Shown in pieces: positions 33,101-43,828 of a stretch of 64,000 bases of DNA; the first letter of the stretch is position 1, and every line of letters starts with the position of its first letter. The DNA comes from an uncultured Candidatus Entotheonella sp. (GTDB taxonomy: Bacteria; Tectomicrobia; Entotheonellia; Entotheonellales; Entotheonellaceae), in NCBI GenBank assembly GCA_965215335.1, contig CBDCDA010000001.1:1824001-1888000 (forward strand), written 5' to 3'. Position numbers and translations under genes: made by a program. A model generated the notes under the pieces. That model was not told the DNA's origin. It was given only the letters and a program-made list of their open reading frames with translations, and ran no database searches.

Positions 33101-33668
33101 GAGCACGCGGGAAGCGGCTGTCTGCGCCGGCAGTGTTGAACTGACCCACGCCGTCATCCGGCACCTCTACAAGCTCATGGCCTACAAGGACGAATACGAG
33201 GTGGCGCGGCTGCACCTCAAGCAGACATGGCGGCACCAACTCGGCACCCTGCTCGCGTCGCCGCGGCGTGCTTACTACCATCTGCATCCGCCGCTGCTGC
33301 GCGCCATGGGCCTCAAGCGCAAGCTGAAACTGGGTCCCTGGTTCGACGGGCCCCTGCGGCAACTGCGGCGGCTCAAGAGCCTGCGCGGCCACTGGTACGA
33401 CCCGTTCGGCTATGCCAGGGTGCGCCGCGAAGAGCGGCGCCTCATCACCTGGTACCGCGACACGATCACCGCCCTCCTGTCCCAACTCGATCCCGGCAAC
33501 CACGCCCTCGCCGTGGTCATCGCCAATGCGCCCGAGGCGATTCGCGGCTACGAAGACATCAAGCTGCAGCGCCTGGCGGAGACCCGGGAACTGGTAGCCC
33601 AGCACCTGAGTCGATTTGTGCCGACGCCGCAAGCCGAGGCGGTCGGCGCGCCGCCGGCGTCATCGTGA
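30105..33668 (+). CDS. Indolepyruvate:ferredoxin oxidoreductase family (fused subunits)
   Basis: GYEGSPLAG, NEELAATA, WYGKGPGVDR, CSGCPH, GDGTYFHSG, CEGCGNC, GLAQKGG, MAYKDEYEVARL. Confidence 0.93.
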   Translation: MTVTLDDKYAVLEGSVYLTGIQALVRLAIDQQRRDARAGLRTGAFITGYEGSPLAGYDLTLARVGRLLSEHRIVHQPAVNEELAATAVMGSQSVHLFPGPQVDGVNGIWYGKGPGVDRSGDVFKHANFGGTGPDSAALVLAGDDHNCKSSTVPHQSDHALLAAGIPVLYPATIQEFLLYGLHAFALSRFSGCWVALKLVTNLCDGGSVVDVHPDAPEIVIPDVTIDGEPFRKRQDTTFLPPGTIELERHLFVERHAAVRAYGAANGLYGADTQAGDARLGLISAGKSQADLQQALLDMGLDNATLQRLGIRVLNLGMIYPLATENIRRFARGLEEIIVVEEKRDFLESQVRDCLYGMTAAPRLLGKTTEMGQPFLPVHGELDADIIAARIGPRLRRLGEASGIDARLAVLEAIRERQYDPFMARKPNYCSGCPHSRSTRMLDGQVTGGGIGCHGMGGLIEQDMRHTRYLTQMGGEGLPWVGAAPFSGTQHIFQNIGDGTYFHSGSQALRACVAAGVNITFKLLYNGAVAMTGGQDAQGSMSIPALTHSMAAEGVRKIIIVSEQPRRWRGARLAPIATLRGRESFFASLKDLEATPGVTVLINDQQCAAEKRRQRKRGIQAEPNVFALINEEVCEGCGNCGEVSNCMSLHPVETELGPKTRIHQSSCNKDYACLDGDCPSFVTVEVEPGTGPRPRQAPVLEAEDLPEPALKAVVGKRYAIYIPGVGGTGVVTVNALLCYAALMEGKSLLNLDQTGLAQKGGAVLSNVILSEGDAVASNKVGLGTADLYLVLDALGGVDPVNLDRAHAGRTVAVVNTTASPTGEMIRNNALLFPSEASIRRTIDQHSDASRNLYADAGALAEGLFGDHMTTNLFVLGMAYQIGAVPLRAASIESAIALNGVAVQQNQQAFRYGRLYVCEPQAVSELAVEQPRDAAEERANMLDYLQREGTAAGGDAYECLLERCGHLDEEARRLLARRVGELIDYQDVAYATSYVDFVLDVSTREAAVCAGSVELTHAVIRHLYKLMAYKDEYEVARLHLKQTWRHQLGTLLASPRRAYYHLHPPLLRAMGLKRKLKLGPWFDGPLRQLRRLKSLRGHWYDPFGYARVRREERRLITWYRDTITALLSQLDPGNHALAVVIANAPEAIRGYEDIKLQRLAETRELVAQHLSRFVPTPQAEAVGAPPASS

Positions 33669-33682
33669 AGGAGTCTGATGGT

Positions 33683-33840
33683 ATGGGCGCGACGCACGCC
33701 ACCGTGACCATTCCCGACCCGGCCGAGCCGCACCGTGCCTGGGAAGGTCTTTTCCTGCTGGAAGCCATCGGTCTCATCGCAATCAGCGGCTGAAAAGGCT
33801 GCCGGCCGTTCGCCTCAAGAGCCATCGAAACAGGTCATGA
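33683..33840 (+). pseudogene. Internally deleted relic of a small clan AA aspartic protease-like gene
   Basis: MGATHATVTIPDPAEPHRAWEGLFL, then LEAIG and, in another frame, RNQRLKRLPAVRLKS. These resemble the two ends of that family with the DTG core missing (family recalled from memory). Confidence 0.55.
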
Positions 33841-33857
33841 GATTAAAGGTCTGATCG

Positions 33858-34406
33858 TCATTCCTGAAACCCCTGCAAGCGGGCGGCCAGGACGCCTGAA
33901 AGCATCCCGAACAGGTGCCCTTCCCAGGAGATGAAGGGACGGCCGGGCAGGACGCCCCAGACGAGGCCGCCGTAGAGGAACAGGGTCAGCAGCGCCGTCA
34001 GGATGGCTGCGGTGCTGCGTTCGTACCAGCCGCGCGCCACCAGGCAGCCGAAGTACCCGAAGATCAGGCCGCTCGCCCCGATGTGGTAAGAAGCCCGTCC
34101 GAAGAGCCACAACGCCGCCCCGCCGCACAGGATGACAAAGACGGAGACAAACACGAACGCCCGCGCGCCGCGCAGGGCGACGAGGCCACCGAGCACCAGG
34201 AAAGGTACGGTGTTGACCATGGCATGGCTCATGCTGCCGTGTACGAAGGGGCTGAGCGGGATACCGATCAGCCCCGAGAGGTGGCGTGGCAGAATCCCCA
34301 GGCTGCCGAGTTGACGGCCCGAAAGAACGTTCACCACTTCCACCGCCCACATGAGGCAGACAGCGCCCAGGATCAGGGAAGCACTGGCCTTGAGTTGGAC
34401 AATCAT
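33858..34406 (-). CDS. Rhomboid family intramembrane serine protease
   Basis: PFVHG..HAMVN, HIGASG, SWEGHLFG. Confidence 0.92.
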   Translation of the reverse strand: MIVQLKASASLILGAVCLMWAVEVVNVLSGRQLGSLGILPRHLSGLIGIPLSPFVHGSMSHAMVNTVPFLVLGGLVALRGARAFVFVSVFVILCGGAALWLFGRASYHIGASGLIFGYFGCLVARGWYERSTAAILTALLTLFLYGGLVWGVLPGRPFISWEGHLFGMLSGVLAARLQGFQE

Positions 34407-34425
34407 AAGACGCGTCGTTATCCGA

Positions 34426-36447
34426 TTACCGAACCCGCTGACCCGGCTGGCGCTGCCGGGCAAACTCCGCCACCACCACGTCCGTACCGTCGGGTCCCGC
34501 CGCCAGCAGCATGCCCTCGCTGACGCCAAACCGCATTTGGCGGGGTTGCAGGTTGGCGACCACGATGACCTGCTTGCCCAGGAGGTCGTCGGGGGCATAC
34601 GACTGCCGAATGCCGGCGAAAATGGTGCGCTGCTCGCTGCCGATGTCCACCCGCAAGCACAACAGCCGGTCCGCGCCTTCCACCGTCTCCGCCTGCAGCA
34701 CGGTCGCCACCCGCAGATCGACCCGGCTGAAGGCGTCGATGTCGATCTCGGGCGCCAGCGCCCCGCCACCCCGGCCCGGCGGCGCCGGGCCGGCGGGACC
34801 GGCATCCAGGCTTTCCCTGCTGGCCTCGACCATGGCGCTCACCTGCCTGACGTCCACCCGTTCGACCAGCCGCTCGAAGGCGCCGATCTCGCGCTCCTCC
34901 AGGTCGAAGCGCGCCGCCTCGTCGAACAACAGCGGCTCGACGCGCAGGACCGCCTCCACGTCCGCCGCGTATCGCGGCAGCACCGGCTTGATCAGCGCCG
35001 CCACCGTGCGGCAGCAGTTCACCGCGAACGTGCATACCGCCTGCGCCGCCTGCCGGTCCCGCTTGACCAGCTCCCACGGCGCCGCGTCCTGGAAGTGCTT
35101 GTTGCCGACCTCCGCGATCGCCACGATCTCCTGCACGGCACGGTTGAACTCCAGGCGCTCATAGGACGCCCGCACCCGCGGCAGGCGCGCCCGGATGCCG
35201 TCGATGAGCGGCTGCGCGGAAGCGCCGAGCCGCCCGAGCCGGCCCTCGAAGTGCCGGTTCACGAACGGCACCACACGGCTGACCAGATTGGCGATCTTGT
35301 TGACCAGTTCGGCATCGACGCGATGCACGAATTCCTCCAGGTTGAGGTCGAGGTCGTCGACGCGGCCGTTGAGCTTGGCGGCGTAGTAGTAACGCAGGTA
35401 TTGCGGGTCCAGGTGGTCGAGGTAGGTGCGCGCCGTGATGAACGTGCCGCGCGTCTTGGACATCTTCTCGCCGTTGACGGTAAGAAACCCGTGCACCAGC
35501 ACCTTGTGCGGCAGCGTGTACCCGGCGCCGTGCAGCATGGCGGGCCAGTACAGGGCGTGGAAATACGTGATGTCCTTGCCGATGACGTGGTAAATCCTCG
35601 CCGCCGGATTGTGCCAATAGGCGTCGAAATCGCGCCCCGTATCGCTGCAGAACTTCTGCGTGGTGGCGATGTAGCCCACCGGCGCGTCGAGCCAGACATA
35701 GAAGTACTTGTTGTCCTCGCCGGGGATCTTGAACCCGAAATAGGGGCCGTCGCGACTCACGTCCCAGTCCCGCAGCCCCTCGTCCAGCCACGTCTCCAGG
35801 AAACGCCGCACCTCTGGCTGCACCCGCCCCGGCGTGCCGACCCACTGGCGCAGGAAGTCCTCGTAGGCGCTGATGGTGAAAAAGTAGTGCACCGATTCCC
35901 GCATCACCGGTGTGGCGCCGCACAGCACGCAGTGCGGATCGCTGAGGTCGGTGGGGCTGTATGTGGTGCCGCACACCTCGCACACGTCGCCGTATTGCTC
36001 CGCCGCCTTGCAGTGGGGGCAGGTGCCGCGAATGAAACGGTCGGGCAGGAAGCGGGCGTCCTGCTCACAGTAGTATTGCGTCACGGGCCGCGTTACAATG
36101 TGGCCCTGCTCGCGCAGGCGCTCGAAGATGGTCTCCGAATGGTACTGGTTTTCCGGGCTGTTGGTGGTGTAGAAGCAGTCGCAGGCGATGGAGAAATCGG
36201 CGAAATCCCGCTGGTGCTCGACATAGTAAGGTGCGATGTATTCCTCCGGCGTCATCCCGGCGCGCCAGGCGTTGACCTCGATCGGCGTGCCGTGCGTGTC
36301 ATCCGCGCACATGTACACGGCGTCCTGCCCCGTCATCTTGAGAAAGCGCACCAGGATGTCCGTCTGGATATATTCGAGCATGTGGCCGAGGTGAATGCTG
36401 CCATTGGCGTACGGCAGCGCACTGGTAACGAGGATGGGAGCAGCCAT
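34426..36447 (-). CDS. metG: Methionine--tRNA ligase with C-terminal tRNA-binding OB domain
   Basis: LPYANGSIHLGH, DDTHGT, Zn knuckle, YVWLDAP, KMSK, VVANLQPRQMRFGVSEGM. Confidence 0.97.
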   Translation of the reverse strand: MAAPILVTSALPYANGSIHLGHMLEYIQTDILVRFLKMTGQDAVYMCADDTHGTPIEVNAWRAGMTPEEYIAPYYVEHQRDFADFSIACDCFYTTNSPENQYHSETIFERLREQGHIVTRPVTQYYCEQDARFLPDRFIRGTCPHCKAAEQYGDVCEVCGTTYSPTDLSDPHCVLCGATPVMRESVHYFFTISAYEDFLRQWVGTPGRVQPEVRRFLETWLDEGLRDWDVSRDGPYFGFKIPGEDNKYFYVWLDAPVGYIATTQKFCSDTGRDFDAYWHNPAARIYHVIGKDITYFHALYWPAMLHGAGYTLPHKVLVHGFLTVNGEKMSKTRGTFITARTYLDHLDPQYLRYYYAAKLNGRVDDLDLNLEEFVHRVDAELVNKIANLVSRVVPFVNRHFEGRLGRLGASAQPLIDGIRARLPRVRASYERLEFNRAVQEIVAIAEVGNKHFQDAAPWELVKRDRQAAQAVCTFAVNCCRTVAALIKPVLPRYAADVEAVLRVEPLLFDEAARFDLEEREIGAFERLVERVDVRQVSAMVEASRESLDAGPAGPAPPGRGGGALAPEIDIDAFSRVDLRVATVLQAETVEGADRLLCLRVDIGSEQRTIFAGIRQSYAPDDLLGKQVIVVANLQPRQMRFGVSEGMLLAAGPDGTDVVVAEFARQRQPGQRVR

Positions 36448-36593
36448 GGAGAGCCTCTTCGATACACGGGAGATGAGTCAGACGCCGGACGGCCCTCACT
36501 ATAGCCTATTTTGGCCCCCTGCGCATCGGACGGCTTGCCCCGGCGCGGCTTGCGGGGTGCCCCTTTCGCGCCCCTTTGGCGAGGAGCCGCGGC

Positions 36594-38822
<2,229 letters not shown>

Positions 38823-38849
38823 CCCTGCCCTGATTCTGTGAGAGGAAGC

Positions 38850-39806
38850 ATGACGACGCATGCAATACCGCCGTGCAGCGGCTACCCGATCGAGACCGAT
38901 GCCGTGCCCCCGGAACCCGAAATGTTGCGACAGGACGGCGACCCCGCCGCGTGCGGACGCCGCATGCTGACCATCCACGCCCACCCCGACGACGAATCCT
39001 CCAAGGGTGGCGGCAGCGCGGCGCGCTATGCAACGGCTGGCGTCGGCGTGGTGCTCGTCTGCTGCACCGGCGGGGAAGCCGGCAGCGTTCTCAACCCGGC
39101 GCTCGATCGGTCGGAAGTCAAGAAACGCCTGCCCGAGGTGCGCCGCCAGGAGCTGATCGAGGCGACGGCCCACCTCAGCTATCAGCGCGTGTGGATGCTC
39201 GGTTACCGGGATTCCAACATGCCGGCGAGCGGTGAGCCGGGCACCTTTGCGACGGTGCCGCTCGATGAGACGGTGCGGGCCCTGGTGCGCCTTATCCGCC
39301 GCGAGCGGCCCCACGTCGTAGTGACCTATCCCGCCAACCAGCGCGGCTACCGGCACCCGGATCATCTGCGGGTGCACGACGCCTCGCTGCCCGCCTACAA
39401 GGCCGCCCGCGACCCGGCATTTCACCCCGAACTGGGTGCGCCGTGGGCGCCGCAGAAGCTCTACTACATCGTGTGGTCGCGCGCTCGTCTGGTGGCTCGC
39501 CATCAGGCGTTCGTGCAACTTGGCCTGCCGTCGCCGTTCAACCCCGAGCGCTGGAAGCGACGGCGTTCCATGGATCATTTTCTGACCACCAAGGTATTCG
39601 TCGGCGATCATTGGGAACAGACCCGCAACGCCCTGCGCGCCCACGCCACGCAAGTCGATCCCAACTCGCAGCACTGGTTCGGCCTGCCCCCCGAGATGGA
39701 CCGGGCCACCTACCCTTACGACGACTATATCCTGGCCCGCAGCGCGGTGCCGACGCAGCTGCCGGAGGACGACCTCTTTGCCGGCATCACCGGCGACAGG
39801 GCGTAG
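38850..39806 (+). CDS. PIG-L family deacetylase, mycothiol S-conjugate amidase (Mca)-like
   Basis: HAHPDDESSKG, TGGEAG, LGYRDS, HPDH, KLYY, ALRAHATQVDP, EDDLFAGI. Confidence 0.85.
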   Translation: MTTHAIPPCSGYPIETDAVPPEPEMLRQDGDPAACGRRMLTIHAHPDDESSKGGGSAARYATAGVGVVLVCCTGGEAGSVLNPALDRSEVKKRLPEVRRQELIEATAHLSYQRVWMLGYRDSNMPASGEPGTFATVPLDETVRALVRLIRRERPHVVVTYPANQRGYRHPDHLRVHDASLPAYKAARDPAFHPELGAPWAPQKLYYIVWSRARLVARHQAFVQLGLPSPFNPERWKRRRSMDHFLTTKVFVGDHWEQTRNALRAHATQVDPNSQHWFGLPPEMDRATYPYDDYILARSAVPTQLPEDDLFAGITGDRA

Positions 39807-39818
39807 GGCGTCGCGGCG

Positions 39819-40139
39819 TCAGCCTGGCGAGTAAGCGGTCAGCCGCATGAAGGTGTTCACGACCTGCGCCACGATGGGGCCGTCAGCTTCCGTCTGCGAG
39901 CGCACCTGCTGCCAGCCCGGCTCGGCCTGGAAGGCGGTCCACTTGGCCTCGCGGTCGGCCATGCCGTCGAACGTCAGGATGTACGTCAGCCGGTTGCTGA
40001 CGCCGATTTCGTCGGTCCAGAAGCCCAGCATGCCGAGGCCGTACTTGCGGAAGAACCCCATGGTGTGGTCGGCGAAGCGCGCGTTCAGAGCCGCCAGGCG
40101 ACCCGGTACGGTGTAGTAGATGCGTGATTCGTAGAGCAT
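39819..40139 (-). CDS. NIPSNAP family protein
   Basis: YESRIYYTVPGRL..RF, GFWT, REAKWTAFQAEPGW. Confidence 0.9.
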   Translation of the reverse strand: MLYESRIYYTVPGRLAALNARFADHTMGFFRKYGLGMLGFWTDEIGVSNRLTYILTFDGMADREAKWTAFQAEPGWQQVRSQTEADGPIVAQVVNTFMRLTAYSPG

Positions 40140-40321
40140 TATTGGCGCCTCATCTCGAAGACATGACGTACGACCGTCAGGCAATTGAGCAGGCTGTCGA
40201 GGGCCATGCGCAGGTTGTCACCCGTCATGGTATTGGGATAACTGAAGGCGCCGCTCTCGGGATTCGCCGTGTCGATGGCTGTAACCCGCAAGGCGCCATT
40301 GGAATTGCCGGTACTGGTCAC
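40139..40321 (-). CDS. Small hypothetical protein (60 aa)
   Basis: Fills the gap between the fmt-like gene and NIPSNAP; its TAA overlaps the NIPSNAP ATG (TAATG). Confidence 0.45.
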   Translation of the reverse strand: MTSTGNSNGALRVTAIDTANPESGAFSYPNTMTGDNLRMALDSLLNCLTVVRHVFEMRRQ

Positions 40322-40324
40322 GCC

Positions 40325-41248
40325 TCAGCTACCGCCCAAACGGTCGCTGGGGCGCAGTCCGGCGTCCTGAGCAAAGGCGGCGGCGGCCATTTTCTTGCCG
40401 CCGGCGGGCCTGACGCGCTGCACGGCAATGTGGCCGCCTAGTGTTGCAACGGTGAAGCCGTTGTCATCCACGGCGGTAATTTCGCCGGGCTGGGCGTCGG
40501 CGGCGCCGGGATGCTTGCGGGCATCGTAAATCTGCACCTCCTGTCCGGCGCAGGCGCTCCAGGCGCCGGGTTGCGGGTCAGCGCCGCGGATGAGATTCCA
40601 CACGGCATCGAGGGGCTGGCGCCAGTCGATCTCGACCTGCTCCTTGCGGCACCAGCCTTCGTAGGTGGCGTCCGCCTCGTTCTGCGGGATTTTGGGCGCC
40701 GTGCCGTCCCGGACCTGATCCACCGCTTCCAGCATCGCTTCCACCCCCAAGGGGTAAAGCTGGGCGAAATAAAGGCTCCCCAGCGTGTCCGTATCGGCAA
40801 TATCGACGGTTTTTTGCAGTAGGATCGGCCCCGTATCGAGACCGTTGTCCGGCCAGAAAACGGTCAGGCCCGTCTGCTTCTCTCCCCAGATGATCGGCCA
40901 GTTGATGGAGCTCGGTCCACGGTGGCGCGGCAGCAGCGACGGGTGGTACTGAATGGTGCCGAACCGCGGCAGGTTCAGGACCTCCTCCGGGACGAACAGC
41001 GTCACGTAGGCCATCACGCACAGGTCGCTTTCCAGCGCTGCGAAGGTGTCCCGCACTTCCGGCTTGCGGTACGACTTGGGCTGATACACTGGCAAGTTGT
41101 GGGCCTCGGCGGCTTCCTGCAACGGATCGACGCGCCCACCGGGGCCAGCCGGGGCGCAGAACACGCCGACGACGTCCTCGCCGCGGTTCAGCAGGGCTTC
41201 CAGAACGCTCTTGCCGAAGGCTTGTTGACCGTGGACAACGATTCGCAT
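40325..41248 (-). CDS. Formyltransferase family protein (Fmt / 10-formyl-THF hydrolase-like)
   Basis: QYHPSLLPRHRGPSSINW, DNGLDTGPILLQ, IRGADPQPGAW. Confidence 0.85.
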   Translation of the reverse strand: MRIVVHGQQAFGKSVLEALLNRGEDVVGVFCAPAGPGGRVDPLQEAAEAHNLPVYQPKSYRKPEVRDTFAALESDLCVMAYVTLFVPEEVLNLPRFGTIQYHPSLLPRHRGPSSINWPIIWGEKQTGLTVFWPDNGLDTGPILLQKTVDIADTDTLGSLYFAQLYPLGVEAMLEAVDQVRDGTAPKIPQNEADATYEGWCRKEQVEIDWRQPLDAVWNLIRGADPQPGAWSACAGQEVQIYDARKHPGAADAQPGEITAVDDNGFTVATLGGHIAVQRVRPAGGKKMAAAAFAQDAGLRPSDRLGGS

Positions 41249-41292
41249 GTCATTTTCTCCTCAAAGGAGCGATGTTTCGGATATAAAAGATG

Positions 41293-42054
41293 TTATTGAC
41301 CCAATGTAATACCAGTCGGGCAGTGGTCCGATCCGTACACGTCCACCATGATCGAGGCGGATTCGAGGCGGGGCAGGAGGGTGGCGGATACCATGACGTA
41401 ATCAATACGCCAGCCGACGTTGCGTTCGCGTGCGCCGCCCATTTGCCGCCACCAGGTGTATCGGTGCCGCTCGTCGGGGTGCAGGCGACGAAACGTGTCG
41501 ATGAAGCCCGCATTGACGAATTCATCAAAGCCGCTGCGCTCCTCCCGGGTATAGCCGTGATGCCCTTCGTTTTCTTTGGGCCGGGCGAGGTCGATCTCGG
41601 TGTGCGCGACGTTGAAGTCGCCGCTGAACACCACCGGCTTGTGCTGCTCCAAGTCCTTCAAATGGGCGAGGAAGGCACGGTCCCATTCCTGGCGTTCATC
41701 CAGGCGGCTCAGGTCGCGCTTGGCGTTGGGTACGTACACCGAGACGACGTAGAAATCGTCGAACTCCGCGGCGACCAAGCGCCCCTCGCTGTCGAAGGAT
41801 GCCACGCCGATGCCGTAGCTCACGGACACCGGCTCGCGCTTGGAAAAAATCGCTGTGCCAGCGTAGCCCTTCTTTTCGGCGCTGTGCCAGTACTGGCAGG
41901 GGTGGGACGGCAGGTCGAGTTCCACCTGTTGCGGGTGGGCCTTGGTCTCCTGCAGGCAGATGACGTCCGGGTCGTGGGCCGCCACGAACGGCAGGAAGAG
42001 GTCTTTGCGCAGCACCGCGCGGATGCCGTTCACGTTCCACGAAACCAGCTTCAT
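41293..42054 (-). CDS. xth: Exodeoxyribonuclease III
   Basis: SWNVNGIRA, LQETK, EGR, YVPN, GDFNVAH, GWRIDY, SDHCP. Confidence 0.95.
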   Translation of the reverse strand: MKLVSWNVNGIRAVLRKDLFLPFVAAHDPDVICLQETKAHPQQVELDLPSHPCQYWHSAEKKGYAGTAIFSKREPVSVSYGIGVASFDSEGRLVAAEFDDFYVVSVYVPNAKRDLSRLDERQEWDRAFLAHLKDLEQHKPVVFSGDFNVAHTEIDLARPKENEGHHGYTREERSGFDEFVNAGFIDTFRRLHPDERHRYTWWRQMGGARERNVGWRIDYVMVSATLLPRLESASIMVDVYGSDHCPTGITLGQ

Positions 42055-42258
42055 CGGGAAACTCCAGGAGGGGTTGCCCGGGACCCTGCACGGGAACCGG
42101 TTGGCCTTCGGATCTGGATGAGAAGATTGTAAGGGGTGTCCGCCGGGGTGGTCAAATGGTGCTGACATCGCCGTTTGACGCGCGTACCGCGGCCATGTAT
42201 GCTCGCCTTCCGTGATACCTTCACCCCCACCGTGCCGTGGCTTTACTGCGAACGTAGG

Positions 42259-43569
42259 ATGACACACATGGCGCCTCGGACTGCCCCCGCCGAGCGATGC
42301 TTTTACGGCTGGATCGTCCTGGCCGCCTGCTTTCTCATCACCTTTCTGGCCTCCGGCACCATGATGGCCTTCGGCATCTTCATCAACCCGATGGCCGACG
42401 ACATGGGCTGGTCGCACAGCGCCCTGTCGTTCACCTACGCCATCTCGGCCATCGTCAGCGGCCTCGGCATCCTGGGGGTGGGATCGCTGATGCACGCCCA
42501 CAGCGTGCGCAAGCTGCTTCTGCTCGGCACGCTGATTCACGGCGTCGGCCTGTACGCCACCAGCACCGTGACCACGGTGGAGGGCTTTTACTTCTGGTAC
42601 GGCCTGGTGACCTCGCTGGGCCGCAGCGCGTTCCTGATCTCGACCGCCGCCTTGATTACCCGCTGGTTCGAAAAGCGCCAGGGCTTCGCGATGGGCCTGA
42701 CGATGGCGGGTAACGGCCTGGGACCGTTCATCTTCTCGCCCTTGGTCACCTGGGTAATCCTGCGCTGGGATTGGCAAACGGCATTCGTGATGCTGAGCAT
42801 TACGGTGTCGGCCGCCTCGGTACTGGCCTGCCTGTTCCTCCGCAACTATCCGCACGAGATGGGCTTGGTGCCCTTCGGCGCCGACCCGAGCGCCGCGCCG
42901 TCAACGGCCGCCAGCAAACGGCCCCTCCGCTCGGTGGGTACGGTGTGGCGGGACATCCTGCGCATGGAGGGCTTCTGGACCCTCGCCGTCATCAACTTCT
43001 TCTGCTGCATGTGCCATTCCGTGCCGCTGGTGCACATCGTGGTGTTCGCCCAGCATGCCGGTCTCTCCTCCTTTGCCTCGGCCTGGGTGCTCGCCCTCAT
43101 GTCGCTGTCCGCGGTGGCCGGTCGCGTCGCCTGGGGCGTTTTCGCCGACCGCCATGGCGCACGCCTGACCCTCATTTTCACCCTGTTCATCCAAGGCACC
43201 CTGGTTCTGTGGCTGGTCAACGCCGAGGACCCGGCGATTTTCTTCCTGTACGCGCTGTTCTGGGGTTTTGGCTATGGCGGCGTGAACACGCAATACGGCG
43301 TGGTGGCACGCGAAATCTACGGGCCGCGAGGCTTCGGCCCGGGCTATTCGGGTCAGATGTGTTTTGCGATGGTGGGCATGGCCGTCGGCGGCTTTCTTGG
43401 CGGCTATCTCTACGACATCTCGAACGGCTACGCCGTGTCCTGGATGATCAGCTTCGCCGCCGGGCTGGTGTCGGCGCTGCTCGCCATGGATCTCATGTCG
43501 CAGGGCGAAAAAGCCCAGGCCGCGGCGGTGGCCGAAACACCCGATCCCGTCCGCATGACCCGCCTCTGA
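42259..43569 (+). CDS. MFS transporter (OFA/MCT-like)
   Basis: About 12 hydrophobic segments; FYGWIVL, RWFEKRQGFAMG, ADRHGAR. Confidence 0.9.
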   Translation: MTHMAPRTAPAERCFYGWIVLAACFLITFLASGTMMAFGIFINPMADDMGWSHSALSFTYAISAIVSGLGILGVGSLMHAHSVRKLLLLGTLIHGVGLYATSTVTTVEGFYFWYGLVTSLGRSAFLISTAALITRWFEKRQGFAMGLTMAGNGLGPFIFSPLVTWVILRWDWQTAFVMLSITVSAASVLACLFLRNYPHEMGLVPFGADPSAAPSTAASKRPLRSVGTVWRDILRMEGFWTLAVINFFCCMCHSVPLVHIVVFAQHAGLSSFASAWVLALMSLSAVAGRVAWGVFADRHGARLTLIFTLFIQGTLVLWLVNAEDPAIFFLYALFWGFGYGGVNTQYGVVAREIYGPRGFGPGYSGQMCFAMVGMAVGGFLGGYLYDISNGYAVSWMISFAAGLVSALLAMDLMSQGEKAQAAAVAETPDPVRMTRL

Positions 43570-43828
43570 AGTGCGTCAAACGTAACGACACGCCACAACG
43601 ACACGCCACGCGGCGACTTCAAGGCGCTCTCATGGCAAGGTGAATCTGCTGCTGGCTTTCAATACGCCGCTGGCGCTCGCCCCGCTTTGGCGGGCTTTCT
43701 CCGCGGGGACAAACTGACGCCCCGCCCAGGGGCTTTTTTCGCCCTGATGCCGCAGCGTCGAGACGTCGGCCTTGGATGCAGATGCCGGCAATCCCGAACC
43801 ATTGGTTCTGGTCCATACCCCCGACTTC

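Noticed and set aside
43584..43609. 13-bp tandem duplication AACGACACGCCAC after the MFS gene
   Set aside because: Two copies only; no functional context
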